A stretch of DNA of 64,000 nt from Chrysomallon squamiferum (GCA_012295275.1 CM022673.1:9238001-9302000); one strand, 5' to 3'. Numbered from the stretch's first letter, positions 43,191 through 57,457 are shown. Translations and numbers: made by a program. Notes: generated by a model not told the origin, from the letters alone.

Positions 43191-43861
43191 AAATAATTCT
43201 GAAAGAATTTTTAGAAAGAAACAACACTGTATTATTAACTGACGGAATAAGATTAATGCATAAAAAACACAACTTTCCCTAATACCTTTTCAAATTAATC
43301 TTTACCGTGAAATGAACGGTAAACTTACCTACCTGTACCCAGGTATATATTTGTATGCTTGAGATTTACTTCGAGTGTACAGCATCCTCTGGTGAAAACA
43401 TATAGAGCTTGCTCTATGTTTGTGTGTATGTGTCTGTGTGTGTGTGTGTGTGTATATATATATGTATGTGTGTGTGTAATTCTTCTTGTTTGTTTATGAT
43501 TTATGTTTTGTCCAGTAATCCCTGGTCTTACAGTTGTGTCTTGAGGCGGTGGCAGTCTTTACTCAGCAGTAGGACGGTTCTGTAACACAGCCCTGCCAGG
43601 TGTCAGATATGTCACAATATATTACTGTCAAGAGCGTAATTTTTTTTAAGCCTTGTTATGATATAATTATTGTCAACCAGAAATAAAATTCTAAATGATA
43701 ATGAATTTTTTTGGTATATTACGAATTAGTATATGGTATATTTGTTTGGTATCGTGCCTGTGCTAATTCTGGTGCGGAAATAAAGAAAGTGAAAGGATAT
43801 TAATTAAATTTTTGTTAAATAAATAATAAAATTATTAATCAAAACCACAATAATGACTACT

Positions 43862-43899
<38 letters not shown>

Positions 43900-43915
43900 C
43901 CTCTTTCGTTTTGTT

Positions 43916-44031
<116 letters not shown>

Positions 44032-44793
44032 TTTTCTCTCTCTCTCTATTATATATATATGCCTCTTTTTCTGTCTTTCTTTCCCTTCCTATCTGGCTCT
44101 CTCTCGCTCCGTTTTTTTTTGTTTTTTTTTTATCTTTCTGTCTCTCTGTTTCTGTCTCCATGTTTTTCTGCCTCTCTTTATGTCTTTCTATCTTATTCTT
44201 TCTCTCTTTCATTATGTCTGCTTCCTTCAATCTCTCTCTCTGTCTCTCATTCTCACCATCTCTCCCACTACGGTTATACCGTGGGATTCATAATGCTGTC
44301 AATATTTGGCGACAAACTGTAACAAAAAACGAGGGTAACACGGTGTATACAAATTACAACACTAAAGTAGGATATACGTCTTGTTTTCTCTGATAGTAAA
44401 TACATCATCGTGTTAATAAATGTTAAAACAAAGATACACGGGTGATAATTCATTGCCACCGAGCAGGACAAAACCAGCCTGAAATGTATGTCATCCGCTT
44501 CAAGAAGAGGCTACAGATATTTACGAAAGATATGATAGGATTTATTTTTTCTCATAATGAATACATTATTCGAAAGATTGCAAACAGGATAAAACGCATT
44601 TCTTTTCGCTCGTTATGTAATGATGAAATGAGGTTTAGAAAACGAAGGTAATATATATATTTTTTTTTTTCAGGTTATTATTATTATTATTATTATTACT
44701 GTTATTTTCATTACAACCATTACCTTTTATTTATTTATTTATTCATTGAAAGCATCAGTTGAATGCACTATTATTGTTATTGTTATTGTTATT

Positions 44794-44850
<57 letters not shown>

Positions 44851-44873
44851 ATTTTTTATTATTATTGTTACAG

Positions 44874-45099
44874 GTTTCCTCTATTAATCGGGTGCTGCGT
44901 AACCTTTCAAGTGAAAACCAGAAAGTTATGGGCCAGAGTTCGATGTATGATAAACTGGGACTTCTAAACGGCCAGGGCTGGCCCAGGGCTAACCCCTGGT
45001 ACACCCCCAACCCTGTGATGCATGGCGGACTGGGAGGACCCAGCGCGTATTCGGTTCACCAGGGCAGTTCACCGATGATTCCCGAAAAGAAAAATAAAT
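44874..45099 (+). CDS. Pax6: Pax6 end of paired domain plus linker exon (226 nt, phase 0 to 1)
   Basis: TTACAG|[43 protein letters not shown]...PEKKNK+T|GTAAGT. Conserved IPS|VSSINRVLR intron position and MYDKLxxLNGQ linker motif. Confidence 0.97.
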
Positions 45100-45394
45100 G
45101 TAAGTAGTTAAATTTTCTAATACTCAGTTACCGTTATGTACTCATTTTCTTTACTCTCTCTGTCTCTCTCTGTCCCCCTCTCTCTCTCTCTCTCTCTCTC
45201 TCTCCCTAAATATCACTTTAAATCATAAGGAAGGAATCAGTCGAAAACTATAATTTATTTCAAATTACATAACACCAAATATAAATATTTTCTTAACATA
45301 AGAGCAAGACAAAAACAGCACTAAACATAATCATTTAAAGCTGAAAAACTCTGTGTCATAATAAAAGGCTTAATTCCACTTTCTAAAAACATCC

Positions 45395-45591
45395 ATGAGC
45401 GGATCCAGGGCGGGTTCGCCTGCCCGCCCCTTTCCTTACTTTTAACCCTGATCTTTTAAAAAAAATAATTACATCTAAATAAAATATAAAAAAAAAATAA
45501 AAAAAAAAAAAAAAATCCCCTTTCATGTCAAGGTTATTTAAACAGCAGTAATAGCTCACTCCCCTTTTTCGTAAATCCTGGAACCGCCCCT
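45395..45591. mobile_element. MITE-like element with imperfect ~15-bp TIRs
   Basis: Left ATGAGCGGATCCAGG versus reverse complement of right end AGGGGCGGTTCCAGG (12/15). AT-rich, non-coding interior. Related ends recur at 3164, 48377 and 60670. Confidence 0.6.
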
Positions 45592-46040
45592 CCCTGGCTC
45601 TACAGCATGCGAATTCAGAGTCATTACCACTGGAACAGGTTACGACACTTTTGTTATTTCAGCACTCGTTTCTCACAATAAAACCATCTCATCTTGTTTT
45701 CATTCCGAGCCACATTTAACTTGTTCTTATGTAATTTTAATCAACTCGCATTTGAAGTCAATCAGCTTGCAAAAATCGTGCAGGTGTCACGGATTTTGTG
45801 TTTCCGGTTTTCCTCGGGCTATCTTCACGCGCAGCTTCTCAACCGGAACTGTAAATACGCACGCGCTGGCATACTGTAACCTCGATTTCGTCAACATTGC
45901 TCTATAACAGCAAACTACTATTACAAACAGTTTTACTACTACTGCTGTTACAAGTACTACTGGGAAATACAGTGTAAGAGAGAACCTGAAACTGAAATAC
46001 GCTCTTACTGAATTAATACCAACAGTGACACTAGCAATCA

Positions 46041-46117
46041 GCAGGATTCGAGCCCGACGTATCCCACTTTCGTGCTTTACAAGACGATCGTGTAAAATTT
46101 ACGACCGTCTGTGCCAC
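46041..46117 (-). mobile_element. Degenerate tRNA-derived (SINE-head-like) sequence
   Basis: Minus strand GTGGCACAGACGGT (A-box-like) and GGCTCGAATCC (B-box-like) at tRNA-like spacing; no intact cloverleaf. Confidence 0.35.
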
Positions 46118-46220
46118 TTTGAGATTTTATACGTCAAGTCACTGAAACATTACCTTGTAGCGTTGCTTCTGTGTACAGAACCATATTCCATGTAGCAAGA
46201 AACTCTTGAATAAAACCAAA

Positions 46221-46274
<54 letters not shown>

Positions 46275-46792
46275 AAACATATGGTGCGCTACTCCATTAA
46301 GTCGGACCGAAAGAGAGGTGACAACGACATATTCAACTGCAGTACAATCGAATATTTTTTTGTTATTAGAGCGAATGACTTTTACTTCGGGTTGAAAAGC
46401 CTTTCGCGCATTGTCGAATGTCGTCGAGATGTCTGGCTCTCTATTGTTGGAAACATCTTAATCTGCTCTCTGGTAAATATGGTTTTAAAAGAAACGATTA
46501 ATGTAGCAGCCTCGAGTGGTCGGCGCCATTCAACGCGAGCCTTTGGTGTCGGCTCGCGGACTTTGCGACCATAGAATGAGGAGTATAAATATGTTTAGTA
46601 GTTTTCAACACCTAATCGTCTCGGAAATTGAGTGAGGCAACAATATGCGCTGTTTAGGAAAGACGGGCTATGGGTAGGAATTTGTCGCCCACTGATGTCC
46701 TTTTTTATTTTATTTTTCCTTTTTTGTGGGTTTCTTTTTTTACCCCTTAAAGTATCCCTGGAGAAACATGGGAATATTTGACGCGTTGGATT

Positions 46793-46823
<31 letters not shown>

Positions 46824-47949
46824 TTATTATTGAAGGGAGGGTTGTAAGGGGGTGGGAAATAGGAATGAAAAGAAAGGAAGAAGAAAGAAGGAAATAAAGA
46901 AGGAAGGAAAAAAGAAGGAATAGAAGAAAAAGAAAGAGAGAGAGAAAAAGAAAGATTTATTTATTTACCGTTTGATTATTATTTATTTTATTTTTATTTT
47001 ATTTTATTTTATTTTATTTTATTTTTATTTTTATTTTATTTATCTTTTATTTTAATTCATTTATTTTCATTTTTTTTTTAAATCTTTTTTTTATCCCTTA
47101 TAATAAATAGATAAAAATATGTGCACATAAAAAGGGCAAAACAACCAACGTTCTAGCAAATTCAGTTCCGCATTCCGAAAGAATAGAAACAAAATAAATT
47201 ATCATAATAAAAAAATTACTAAATTTTTTTTACGTTAGAAATATTTAAATTAAAACGTGCAGTAGTCAGATATCTGAAATTATTTATAATCATTACAAGA
47301 TATTTGTTTCGTGTTTCATCACAGATTTTAAATGACAAATAATAATTATACGATATACACACTAACCATTGACCCTTCGTTCACACCTTTGCTTTTATAT
47401 TATATTTTTGTTATTAATTTTTAATTTCTCGTCTTTAATTTCGTAAGGAGTGGTCTTTTTGTGATTCATTGGGAACGTTCGTCATGCATAATATTACAAT
47501 TATGTTAGGTTGGACTTCAATAAAAATGTTAATATCCACATGTCTGTCTGTCTGTCTGTCTTTCTGTCTGTCTGGCCCGATAACTTACTAACATTGTTTA
47601 TATGAAATTGGTTAAGGGCGTTCTAACATAGAAATCTCGTTTCGTCGAAAGCTTATAAATAAACATGTGTAGTATTAAATATTCATTGAAAAAAATATAT
47701 ATTTGTATATATATCCACGAATATTTAAATAATTATCTTAAATAAAAGTTTCATATAAATTCACATATTTAATAAATTAATAATAATAACTGTTTAATAT
47801 TTGTTTCGATATTTTTTTTGTTTTATTTCATTTTATTTCATTTTTATTTTATTTAAATCTTTATTTGTTGTTGTCGTTTTGTTTTTGGCAAATTTATGAA
47901 ATTTCTATTGTTGTTTAAATATAATCTTTATCTTCATTATTATTATTAT

Positions 47950-48008
<59 letters not shown>

Positions 48009-48376
48009 TTACTACTACTATTATTATAATTATTATTAATACTGATACTGCTATCACAACTTTTATTATTACCACTACAATTACTTTGACGCTATTAAAA
48101 TTCTGCGTTATTTATATTACTGTTAATATAATTATATTACCAACAGCTTTAGAATATATCTAATTATTTTAATCAGTGTTCATTCTACTTGCACGAAAAC
48201 ATAAAAACTCCTATTAACACAAAACGTAATTTGTGTTTCACTAGAAACACTTTACAACAAACTAGCAAGCTCTGATGAAACATATAAACAATATCATCAA
48301 ACCAAGCGCATAAAATATTATTTACAACAGTCGCATATCGCACCTTAATAGATTAATTCATTAACACTATCTAAAC

Positions 48377-48540
48377 TGCGGCGGATCCATTACTTGCTAA
48401 AAGGGAAGGAATGTGTCTGTACGTATAACTTTCAACTTGAAATCTGTTTAATTTGTAAATATGTAAATGAGTGGAAAATTAGCGGGGTCTCGTTTTCACC
48501 CACTTTCACCTCCCCCTCCCCCGCTCCTGAATCCGCCCCT
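48377..48540. mobile_element. MITE-like element, same TIR family
   Basis: Left TGCGGCGGATCCATT, right CCTGAATCCGCCCCT (10/15 inverted match). Confidence 0.5.
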
Positions 48541-51136
48541 CGGTGTGTTATTTATTACATTTTCATTTAAAAAATTGAATATTCTCCGATACCTTGGAGA
48601 TGAGAAATACAGTAGCTTCCGTGCCATTAACGGTAACTCTCATTGTTTGCCTATCTCATTTTAATTTGGTATCAAGAAAAAAAAAAAAAAAAAATCCCTT
48701 GGTTATTCCACTTCGTACAACGACATCCTAAAATTTTATTAGCCGACATTTTCGACAAGGGATTTACAACAACGGCGAGAACAAGCCTGAAATGCATCAT
48801 GAAAAAAAACGACAGCGTCATTGACGTGTTTTTCCTTTGTAATTAACGTAAAAGACACCGTTAATATTTTATCGGCACCAAATGGAAAAAGAAATAAAAT
48901 TTATATCGACAGTCTATATTAGCAGCAATAGAAAACATGATGACGAATTTGGTTTAAATTATTGTGACAAAAAAATGAATCGATTCTCGCTGTTGCTATT
49001 GATACTTTATTGTCTTTACACGTTTCTATCTCTCGTTTTTTTTTTTTTTTTCTTATTATTATTATTTTCTATTTTGTGTTTGTTTTCTGTTTTAAACCTA
49101 AGTATTAATTATAAATTACGATTGATTTATCAGTATAATGACTAGAGATCAGAAATTAATTAATAATGATTGGAGATATGATGCTATTATGACATGCTAC
49201 ATAAATTTTCACGTATAAAAATTAAAAGCGATTAATTTTTATTTAATTGATACGCACGTGAAGTTTTTCAGAGAGAAATAATATGAGTTGACGGGCTTAG
49301 AAACTTCTTTATTATTTGATAGTAATTTTCGAGTCATTTACAGAATTAAATCTGAAAGCCGTTAAAATTATTTATTTATGCACTCCACACATACATTACA
49401 AGCATACAAATATAGATATATACTGAATGTATCATTAACTCAAAAATTCAGATATCCATGTATTACAAACGGTGGATATTAATATTTGTAATTGATAAGA
49501 CGTGTAAGTAAAGATCTCGTACAATGTATTTATACATCCATCCATACATCCATACATCCATACATACATACATACATACATATATACATGCGTACATAAA
49601 AACACAAATACAAACACACATACATACATATATACATTATGTCTGTGTGTGTATACATATATAGACACACACACATTCATGCTTTCTGACATACATACAT
49701 ACACACATACATGCATTATATACATATGTATCTGCATACAAATACAATATGAGTGCGTATAACATGAATCACATACGTATGTTCACAAATGCATGTATAC
49801 ATTACGTATTACAAAACGTATAGATATACGATATTTACATTATTTCTTAACACTAAAATAAACTAGTACTAAAGATCTCATTTGATACTGCCTATCCCAT
49901 CATCGTACTTCTTGTATTACACATTACAAACTCTATAACGATGAGCCAGCTTCTTAAAAACACAGACGGTAAAACTTTCATCAGGGTAATTCTTTAGAAT
50001 CAATACGGTAATTAGATTTCTTCTAGCGGTTGTCCGCAGATATACGTACCTCACCATTTCCCCATTTCGCTTCTAGCGCCTTTAACTAGGCAGTGACTCG
50101 TCCAATATAGGGTGATAATGGTTCTATCACTGTAGATTAATGTGTGATTGTGTTTTCAAATAGCCGAGTAGGTCTTTTCACTGACAATGTTCGGAAAGGA
50201 AGAACGATCGCGAAGTCATTGTGACCGTCGTGTGTTGGAAATAGAGAAGTGGTTGTGGTGTAAGTGTTGACGATGATTCAAGGTTGTAGGATCGAAAGCC
50301 CATATTGGGATTATCTGTAGGAGAGGAATTCTTCATCCGAAAAGAACCCACACCGTTTTCGAATTTAAAGGCCAAGGAACTAATTCTTAAAACATTGTTT
50401 TAATACAATTTAAAAATACATATTTTGTGAGGTAATTATTGATAGAGCATTTTATTATTATTATTGTTGTTATTATTATTATTATTATCATCATCATCAT
50501 CATCATTTAAATTCATCATCATTATCATTTTAATCTTCATTACGTTCTTTGTGCCAGAGTCTCAGACGATGGGTTTTGGCACAATTAATAATATTGATCA
50601 TGTTATGCAAAACGAGGCCAATTCTTCCCCCAAATTAACTCTGGCGACCAGTAACGACGATCACGTGCAGACGTCACGTGCAAAATATAGATTAAAGTAA
50701 ATGATTATTTTCCCGATCAGTCTTAATATTTCCCCGCCTTTTATTATTACGCTTCTCTCCCAGAAACAAATTTGTCAGACACGGGGATGACCCACGGGTT
50801 TCTCTTAAAAATCCGAAACAGTGGCGGCGTGCACGTGAAGCCGTCACCCGCAACGCGCGCGCTTCCCTGCCAGTAATTATCTCCCTTAATTACCGCTCCG
50901 TTCGCTGTTACATGTGCGGTTATTCGGCATGACCTCTGACACGCAACAACCTTTTGAGGTCGCGATTTCTAGGACTAAATTAATGAATTCTATCGGTCGG
51001 CCCCCTGAATCCGGGGATGCAAAGACATGCAGCTGGTGAAAAATATTCAGACTTTGAAACAGCAGCAGGACAATCAGGAGAAATTGTTCAACACGATTTA
51101 TTACAGCTTGGGTCAAACGCTTGGCGCTTTCTTTTG

Positions 51137-51167
<31 letters not shown>

Positions 51168-52825
51168 ATCCAGTAGGGCTCTTCATTTTTCTGTAACGCG
51201 ATCTCTCGTAGGTGACACGAAGTGTTTAAGTCGAATGAATGGTTCTTTGGTACTTTACATTATGTATACTTAAAACCAAACAGCGCGAAGACTTTGGAAA
51301 GTAGCTATTATGTTCTCGATATTTGTATCGTTAGCTCAGCAATTATAGATCGCACAATTGCTTCTCCTGGACTCTGGAAGTCATTCCCGGTACATTTCGT
51401 AAATGCTTCTTTTGTGCTTCTTATTGATACGTCACTTGTCGCCAACATGCTGATTACGCGTCCTCGTAATGATATGTTCCGTTAAGTTTTTATTCATTAG
51501 TCGGTAGTTCAAAAACCGTACACTCTGCAATTATTGTCTTAGCGCGTATGACGTTTGCCGTAATAGACCTAATTGGCGTTCCTAATTGCCGGCTGCCACA
51601 GATATATCCTGCTGATTTCTGCACACGGAGTGAACCTTGGGCTTTCGATACTGTATCATTTATTTTGTTTGGATCATCACCTGGGGAAACAACAGATTGC
51701 ATTACTCTTAAGGTTGTCATTTAGGAATATGTCGCACGATAATTGATTCAGCGGCAGAAAATAAAATAAAAGGATTTATCTCTTGTTGCTATTATTACAG
51801 TGTGAAAATAAAAAAAATATTTTGGATAAAGCTAATACAATTTCTTTATAAAATATGCATACATGCATATATACAAACATTCAAACACATGCATAAAATT
51901 CGTTCTTTGTAATATGCTTTAACATTTGAAATAATAATATGCTCACAAAAAAAAGTGTTTCACACTCGATGTGTATAATTGTATTAACTCATTTAAGACA
52001 AAGGCGCATATAATCAGGCATACATTGTATATCATGTGTGTTTAAATAAACGTATTTCTACTTACAAACCCAAAACTTAAAAAAAAAAAAAAAAACCACA
52101 CCTTCATGAAACTGTTACGTAAATAAATATTATGTTTCCACCGAACAATTCTATTTTACTTCAATCTGTTACCTGGTTTTCTGAATAAAACATATTTATT
52201 AATCATAAAGAGTTTACCACACTCCCTTTCACTTTTTGTTACTACTGTAAAGCTGTTCGGAATGCTTGAATACATTTACATAATAAACAAACCGTGTTTC
52301 CGTAAATATTTAGCGACGTGACTTATTTATTATCATACTCCCTACAATGCAATACATCATGTATGGTATGTATATATGTGTTTAACATTTTTATGTATGT
52401 ATATACAAATGTGTACGTAATTCATTTATATATATATATATTTGTGAAAATACCTCTGTTTGAAATTATTTGCATTTATGAATTTATCTGTGTATTTCTG
52501 TGTGTATGTATGTATGTGTGTGTGTTATATATAATATATATGTACATATGTATTTATTAATTATTTTAAAAAAATATATATATATATATATATATAAAGC
52601 TTGATAAATAAATTTAAAAATTAATAAATACATAATATTAAATACACCACTAACGTAATCTGTAGCTCCAAAAAGAATCAATCTAACGCCTACTGTGTAA
52701 CGTCACTATTCAAGCAGGTATGTGAGTAAAACACACACGCGAACACGAGCGTACAACGCGCGCACGCAAGCAAGCACCGCAACCATGAGCATGTAACGTG
52801 CACGCATTGTCTCTCTCTGTTTCAG

Positions 52826-52972
52826 ATAACGACAGCAGCAGCGTGGGCTCTCCGGGAAGCACCAGCGACGTCAACGGTGAAAATGACGAACAGATGAGGA
52901 TGCGACTGAAACGAAAACTACAAAGGAACCGAACGTCGTTCACGGCGGCTCAGATTGAGTCTTTAGAAAAAG
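52826..52972 (+). CDS. Pax6: Pax6 linker end and homeodomain N-terminus (147 nt, phase 1-1)
   Basis: CTCTCTCTGTTTCAG|(Y)NDSSSVGSPGSTSDVNGENDEQMRMRLKRKLQRNRTSFTAAQIESLEK+G|GTGAGC. Confidence 0.98.
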
Positions 52973-53167
52973 GTGAGCGGTTAATAAAACATTAACGACG
53001 TCACGCCGCGGTCACCGGCGTAGTAATAGATGGTTATTTACCGTCTGGCGAATATTTCTGATGTTATTTATAGATAGAGTTTTATATTATTTATCTATCT
53101 AAATTGGATTTTTATAGCCATGTAGTTTGTGTGTATATGATGGGATGGATGAATGGACAAGTGTGTG

Positions 53168-53285
53168 TGTATGTATGTATATCTATGTATGTATGTATGT
53201 ATGTATGTATGTATGTATGTATGTATGTATGTATGTATGTATGTATGTATGCATGCATGTATGTATGTATGTATGTATGTATGAG
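53168..53285. repeat. (TATG)n microsatellite
   Basis: Direct read. Confidence 0.93.
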
Positions 53286-53513
53286 TGTGTGTGTTTCGCT
53301 GTATGTATATATGTAGTATATATGTACCTATTTTAATTAAAATTAGATAAATGTTAGAATATTTCGAACAACGCTACAAAATAATAAACAACCTACTGAA
53401 CAAAATTAAAACTGGAATATTATAAAGTGGAGAGTTTTATTAATATAATATTAAATGTTTTGCTACGTGTTTTAAATATTTTTTTCTATTTTTCGTTTCT
53501 TTTCTTACGACAG

Positions 53514-53596
53514 AATTTGAAAGAACTCATTACCCTGACGTATTTGCTCGGGAGAGACTTGCTCAAAAGATAGATTTACCTGAAGCCAGGATACAA
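53514..53596 (+). CDS. Pax6: Pax6 homeodomain middle exon (83 nt, phase 1 to 0)
   Basis: TTTCTTACGACAG|(E)[27 protein letters not shown]|GTATGT. Absent from the ORF track; translated by hand. Conserved Pax6 homeobox intron positions. Confidence 0.98.
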
Positions 53597-53892
53597 GTAT
53601 GTTTTATTATTACAGTTTACTGTTGTCATTTCCTGTTTTTATTTTTATTATTATTATTATTTTTTTTTTTTTTTTTTTTTTTTTTTTAGGTTTTGTTTTG
53701 TTTTGTTTTCTTCTTGGAATAAGTTTCAGAATATTTAAGAGTAGATCAATGTTGTATTCTTTAAAATTATTTTTTTGTTTGTTTGTTTGTTTTATTTGTA
53801 TTTATTTTTTTCACTTTTACTATTTTTATTTTCTTATTAAATTCGAAGTTTTCTTATTATTCTTTTCTTCTTTGCTCATTTTCTACGGTTCT

Positions 53893-53928
<36 letters not shown>

Positions 53929-53953
53929 TAACACAATTATCAATCCATTTCAG

Positions 53954-54120
53954 GTCTGGTTTTCAAACCGGAGAGCAAAATGGCGGCGTGAAGAAAAGTT
54001 ACGAAACCAGCGGCGAGAAGTTGCAAATGGAGCCACTCGTCTACCAATCAACAGCAGTTTTACAAACAGCATGTATCCCTCCATCCATCAGCCGATATCA
54101 TCGATGACTGACAACTATAG
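53954..54120 (+). CDS. Pax6: Pax6 homeodomain helix 3 (Ser50) and start of PST (167 nt, phase 0 to 2)
   Basis: TTTCAG|[55 protein letters not shown]+AG|GTTAGT. Confidence 0.97.
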
Positions 54121-54783
54121 GTTAGTTTCCAATACGCAACATTTTTAAAAAGCTACAACATAGATCTTCTTCCACTGAAGGGACTTAAGTAATTTAGTAC
54201 ACAGTCTTATTACAATCGAGAATTTATAATACAAGTTCAGGGCCTAACTAAATCGGTCCTTAACAAAGAAATTGTAGAGTTAAATGAGATTGTCATAAAT
54301 TTCAATATTTTACAAACAGTGTGAAGATTGGTTAAGTTTTAAATGGCTAATGAAATTACCATTATTACTACTGCTACTACAACTACTACTACTGCTACTA
54401 CAACTACTACTACTGCTACTACGACTACTGCTGTTATCACTATTGCTGCTTCTAATGCTTTTAGTGATATTATTACAACTTCTACTGATACTATAATTAC
54501 GACTATTACCACTAACACACATATTAATATTGCTAGCACTACTACAAATGCTATTACTTTATTAGCAAAATATGCAGATGCTAGGGTTATCTACCCCTGG
54601 CGATGTTACTATTAAAGGATTATTTAGGGGCAACTGTTTGTTTCTCCCTAAAAATTACACTTTGTTTCTCTAATATAATTATTTGTTAGTACTGTTACTC
54701 TTTTACATTTTAATTTTTTATTTATATTGTTTTATTGTTGTTTTTGTATGTTATTGTTCTTCCTGTTATTGTTGTTATTGTTG

Positions 54784-54837
<54 letters not shown>

Positions 54838-55609
54838 CCGAAGTCGTAATGGCCCTCGAGTAAAACAGCTTTTAGCAATTAGCTGTTAATTTTACTGCTT
54901 TTTGTCAGTATGCAAAACAACAGATAAAAAAATCTGTTACACTTGAATTTAAGCGAAACCCTTAATTTTTAATTTATATTTATGAACCAGTTAAGCGAAA
55001 CGAAAAGCACGCATTGAAAATCAAAACAGAATGTAAATGTAAAAAAAAAAAAAAGAATAATAATAAAACATTAAAAAAAAAAAAAAAAAGTACTTATTAT
55101 TCTAATTACAGACCATTTCATTATCATAATTTATGTCCGGCAAGTGTTCGGGAGCATTTCCAAACCTTGTATCTCTGCCCTCGCCTGTTTAAAAATGTAT
55201 ATTTTTTTTAATGAGCCGCAGTCGTGTCGTGTTAATGTTGTAGGGGTTGCATGGCACAAATAAGATATTTAACTCAAAAGCCGCGATGTGTCAGTGGTCG
55301 AGGCTTTTAGACTTGACATAAACAGATGTATTTATATCGCTGTTTTTGTTTGATAGTGCCGCGCAACGCGATCGTATCGAAGTGTCCGGTGTACACGTAC
55401 ATGTGATTTCCGAGATAGAAGATCCGGGTTTTGAAACGTGATATGTTTACTAGGTGGGCTCACGTATCTGTTTATCCACCCACGACACCTCTGAAATGTT
55501 GTGCAGCATAACAGACGTTTTGTTAGTCAGAGACGAAACTATGCAATCGCCCTGACCCGTGAAGAAAAGTTTGGCGCCTGGTCGCAATGTTAGTGCGTAC
55601 ATTTCAGCT

Positions 55610-55905
55610 TACACACAGACTGCCCCTGCAATTCCGCACTGCACTGGCAGCTTATGCATTACAAGTGGACTGCAATCCGCACATTTAATTGGATGCTTTT
55701 GCAATCCAAGCATTTCTAGATTCAACGTCAGGCGTATACATTACACTGGACTGCAATTCATACATCAAGCTGAAATGCTTTTGCAATCTATACACTGAAC
55801 TGAACGTACTTGCAATACAGGAATTTACTCATTCACAAGCGGCCTATACATTACACTCGGTATACATTTAACTGAATGCTGTTACATAATCCGTGCAATT
55901 CCGGT
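55610..55905. repeat. Degenerate ~28-bp repeat with recurring TGCAAT
   Basis: GGACTGCAAT / ATGCTTTTGCAATC / CATTACACT units recur; about 7-8 TGCAAT cores. Confidence 0.55.
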
Positions 55906-57457
55906 TTGTTCAGACAGCCTAAACTCTGAATACTGTGAATAAATCTAACCATTTCCACGTTCCACAGAGAGTTTATATGCTATTCTTGATTCTTTGTCTC
56001 TCCATACTTTTCTGCCATTTCATTTATTATATCAGATGACATAGGCAGTCTACACATACTATCTCAATGCAGCGAGTGTTCTGATAAGGAAAACACTTAA
56101 TATCAAGGATTAATTCATTTTAACATCATATACGTATAATCACGTTGATTTAGTTTCTGTTATTAACTACTGGGTGTCAATTTTTTATTTATTTTTATTA
56201 TTATTATTTTCATTATCTTCTAAGGAAATCTATTATCATTTCTTACTGACAGCATATTTTATAAATACCTGCCTGTGTAGAAGAAAAAGTATATATCTTG
56301 GCCCTTGAAGATCAGGTGTGAGACCCAGGTTATAACGGGAAATAAGGAAATAAGCGCAGGGAAGGACAAGTGATCGATCCTATAGCGGATTATTAACTAT
56401 CACAGCTTTGTACATTAAAAACAGTGATAGTGAACAGGTTTCTCTCTTGAGATGAGTACCCTTCGTTAGAATGTTTAGCTCGTGGATGAAGTTAAAAAAT
56501 TAAAAAAAGACCATTATTCTGTTACTCAACACATAACATACAAAAGAGCCTTGTTAAAACCTGTGCATTTTCCGCACACTACACGACGTATCAACCACAT
56601 CTCAAACATCACAGCAGATGTCTGCCAGCTCGTGCGTTAAATTAAATGTACTGAACATTTATACAACGTACCGCTTTTTGTGCGCTTCGTGTGCGCATTG
56701 CCAGTTGATTCCATATAAGCATATTAATTAATGTTTTGTATACGAAGCCCAGGCTCATAACAAAATATTGGCTGTATTACACGCACGTGTCTGTTAAAAG
56801 AAAGCGTAAATTATGGCATTATTCCACCGCATTGTTCATTCTCAATTAACCATCGCTGCTACATGTAAACTATACCATCGAAAGTGTTAAAACAAAACGA
56901 GTGTCTATCGTTAATACTATTGTTCAGCTAATGATTGATTAGAAAACGCAATGAATACCTGTATGGCATGAATACATTGGTGTTGAAATATAAAATATTT
57001 TTCTCTTTATTGTTGTTGTTGTTGTTGTTATCATAATCAATTACTATTATTTTAATTAATAGTATTATTATTTTGACTGTTATTGTTAATATTAATATTG
57101 GTCAGTTATTATAATAAAAATAGATGCACTAGAAGTAACTGTAATAGAAGCAGTAGTAATGTTAACAGTAGTAATAGCAATAGCAGCAGTAGTAGCAGGA
57201 GCACTATTAGAAATAGTAATAGTAGTATATCTAATTTTATTTTGATAATCACCTAGTTTATTCCATCTTCAAATCTAGGCGTTCAAGAAAAAAGACTTCT
57301 AGATTATTTTTATCATTTAACACTCGCTCGGATTTCACAATAAATAAACACGTAAATGATAGTACTAACAGACATGCACTTTATGTTTTCACCTGTGAAC
57401 AAGTACAAGAAATTTCACGCTGACGAACCTTTAATAAAAATAAATGTTCTGTTTCAG

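Noticed and set aside
46041-46117. Functional tRNA gene
   Set aside because: Only A/B-box-like words; acceptor and anticodon stems do not form. Kept only as a low-confidence SINE-like remnant.
50764-50835. Possible extra linker cassette exon after CTTCTCTCCCAG
   Set aside because: Joining to the upstream phase-1 T gives an immediate TAA, and no good donor follows.
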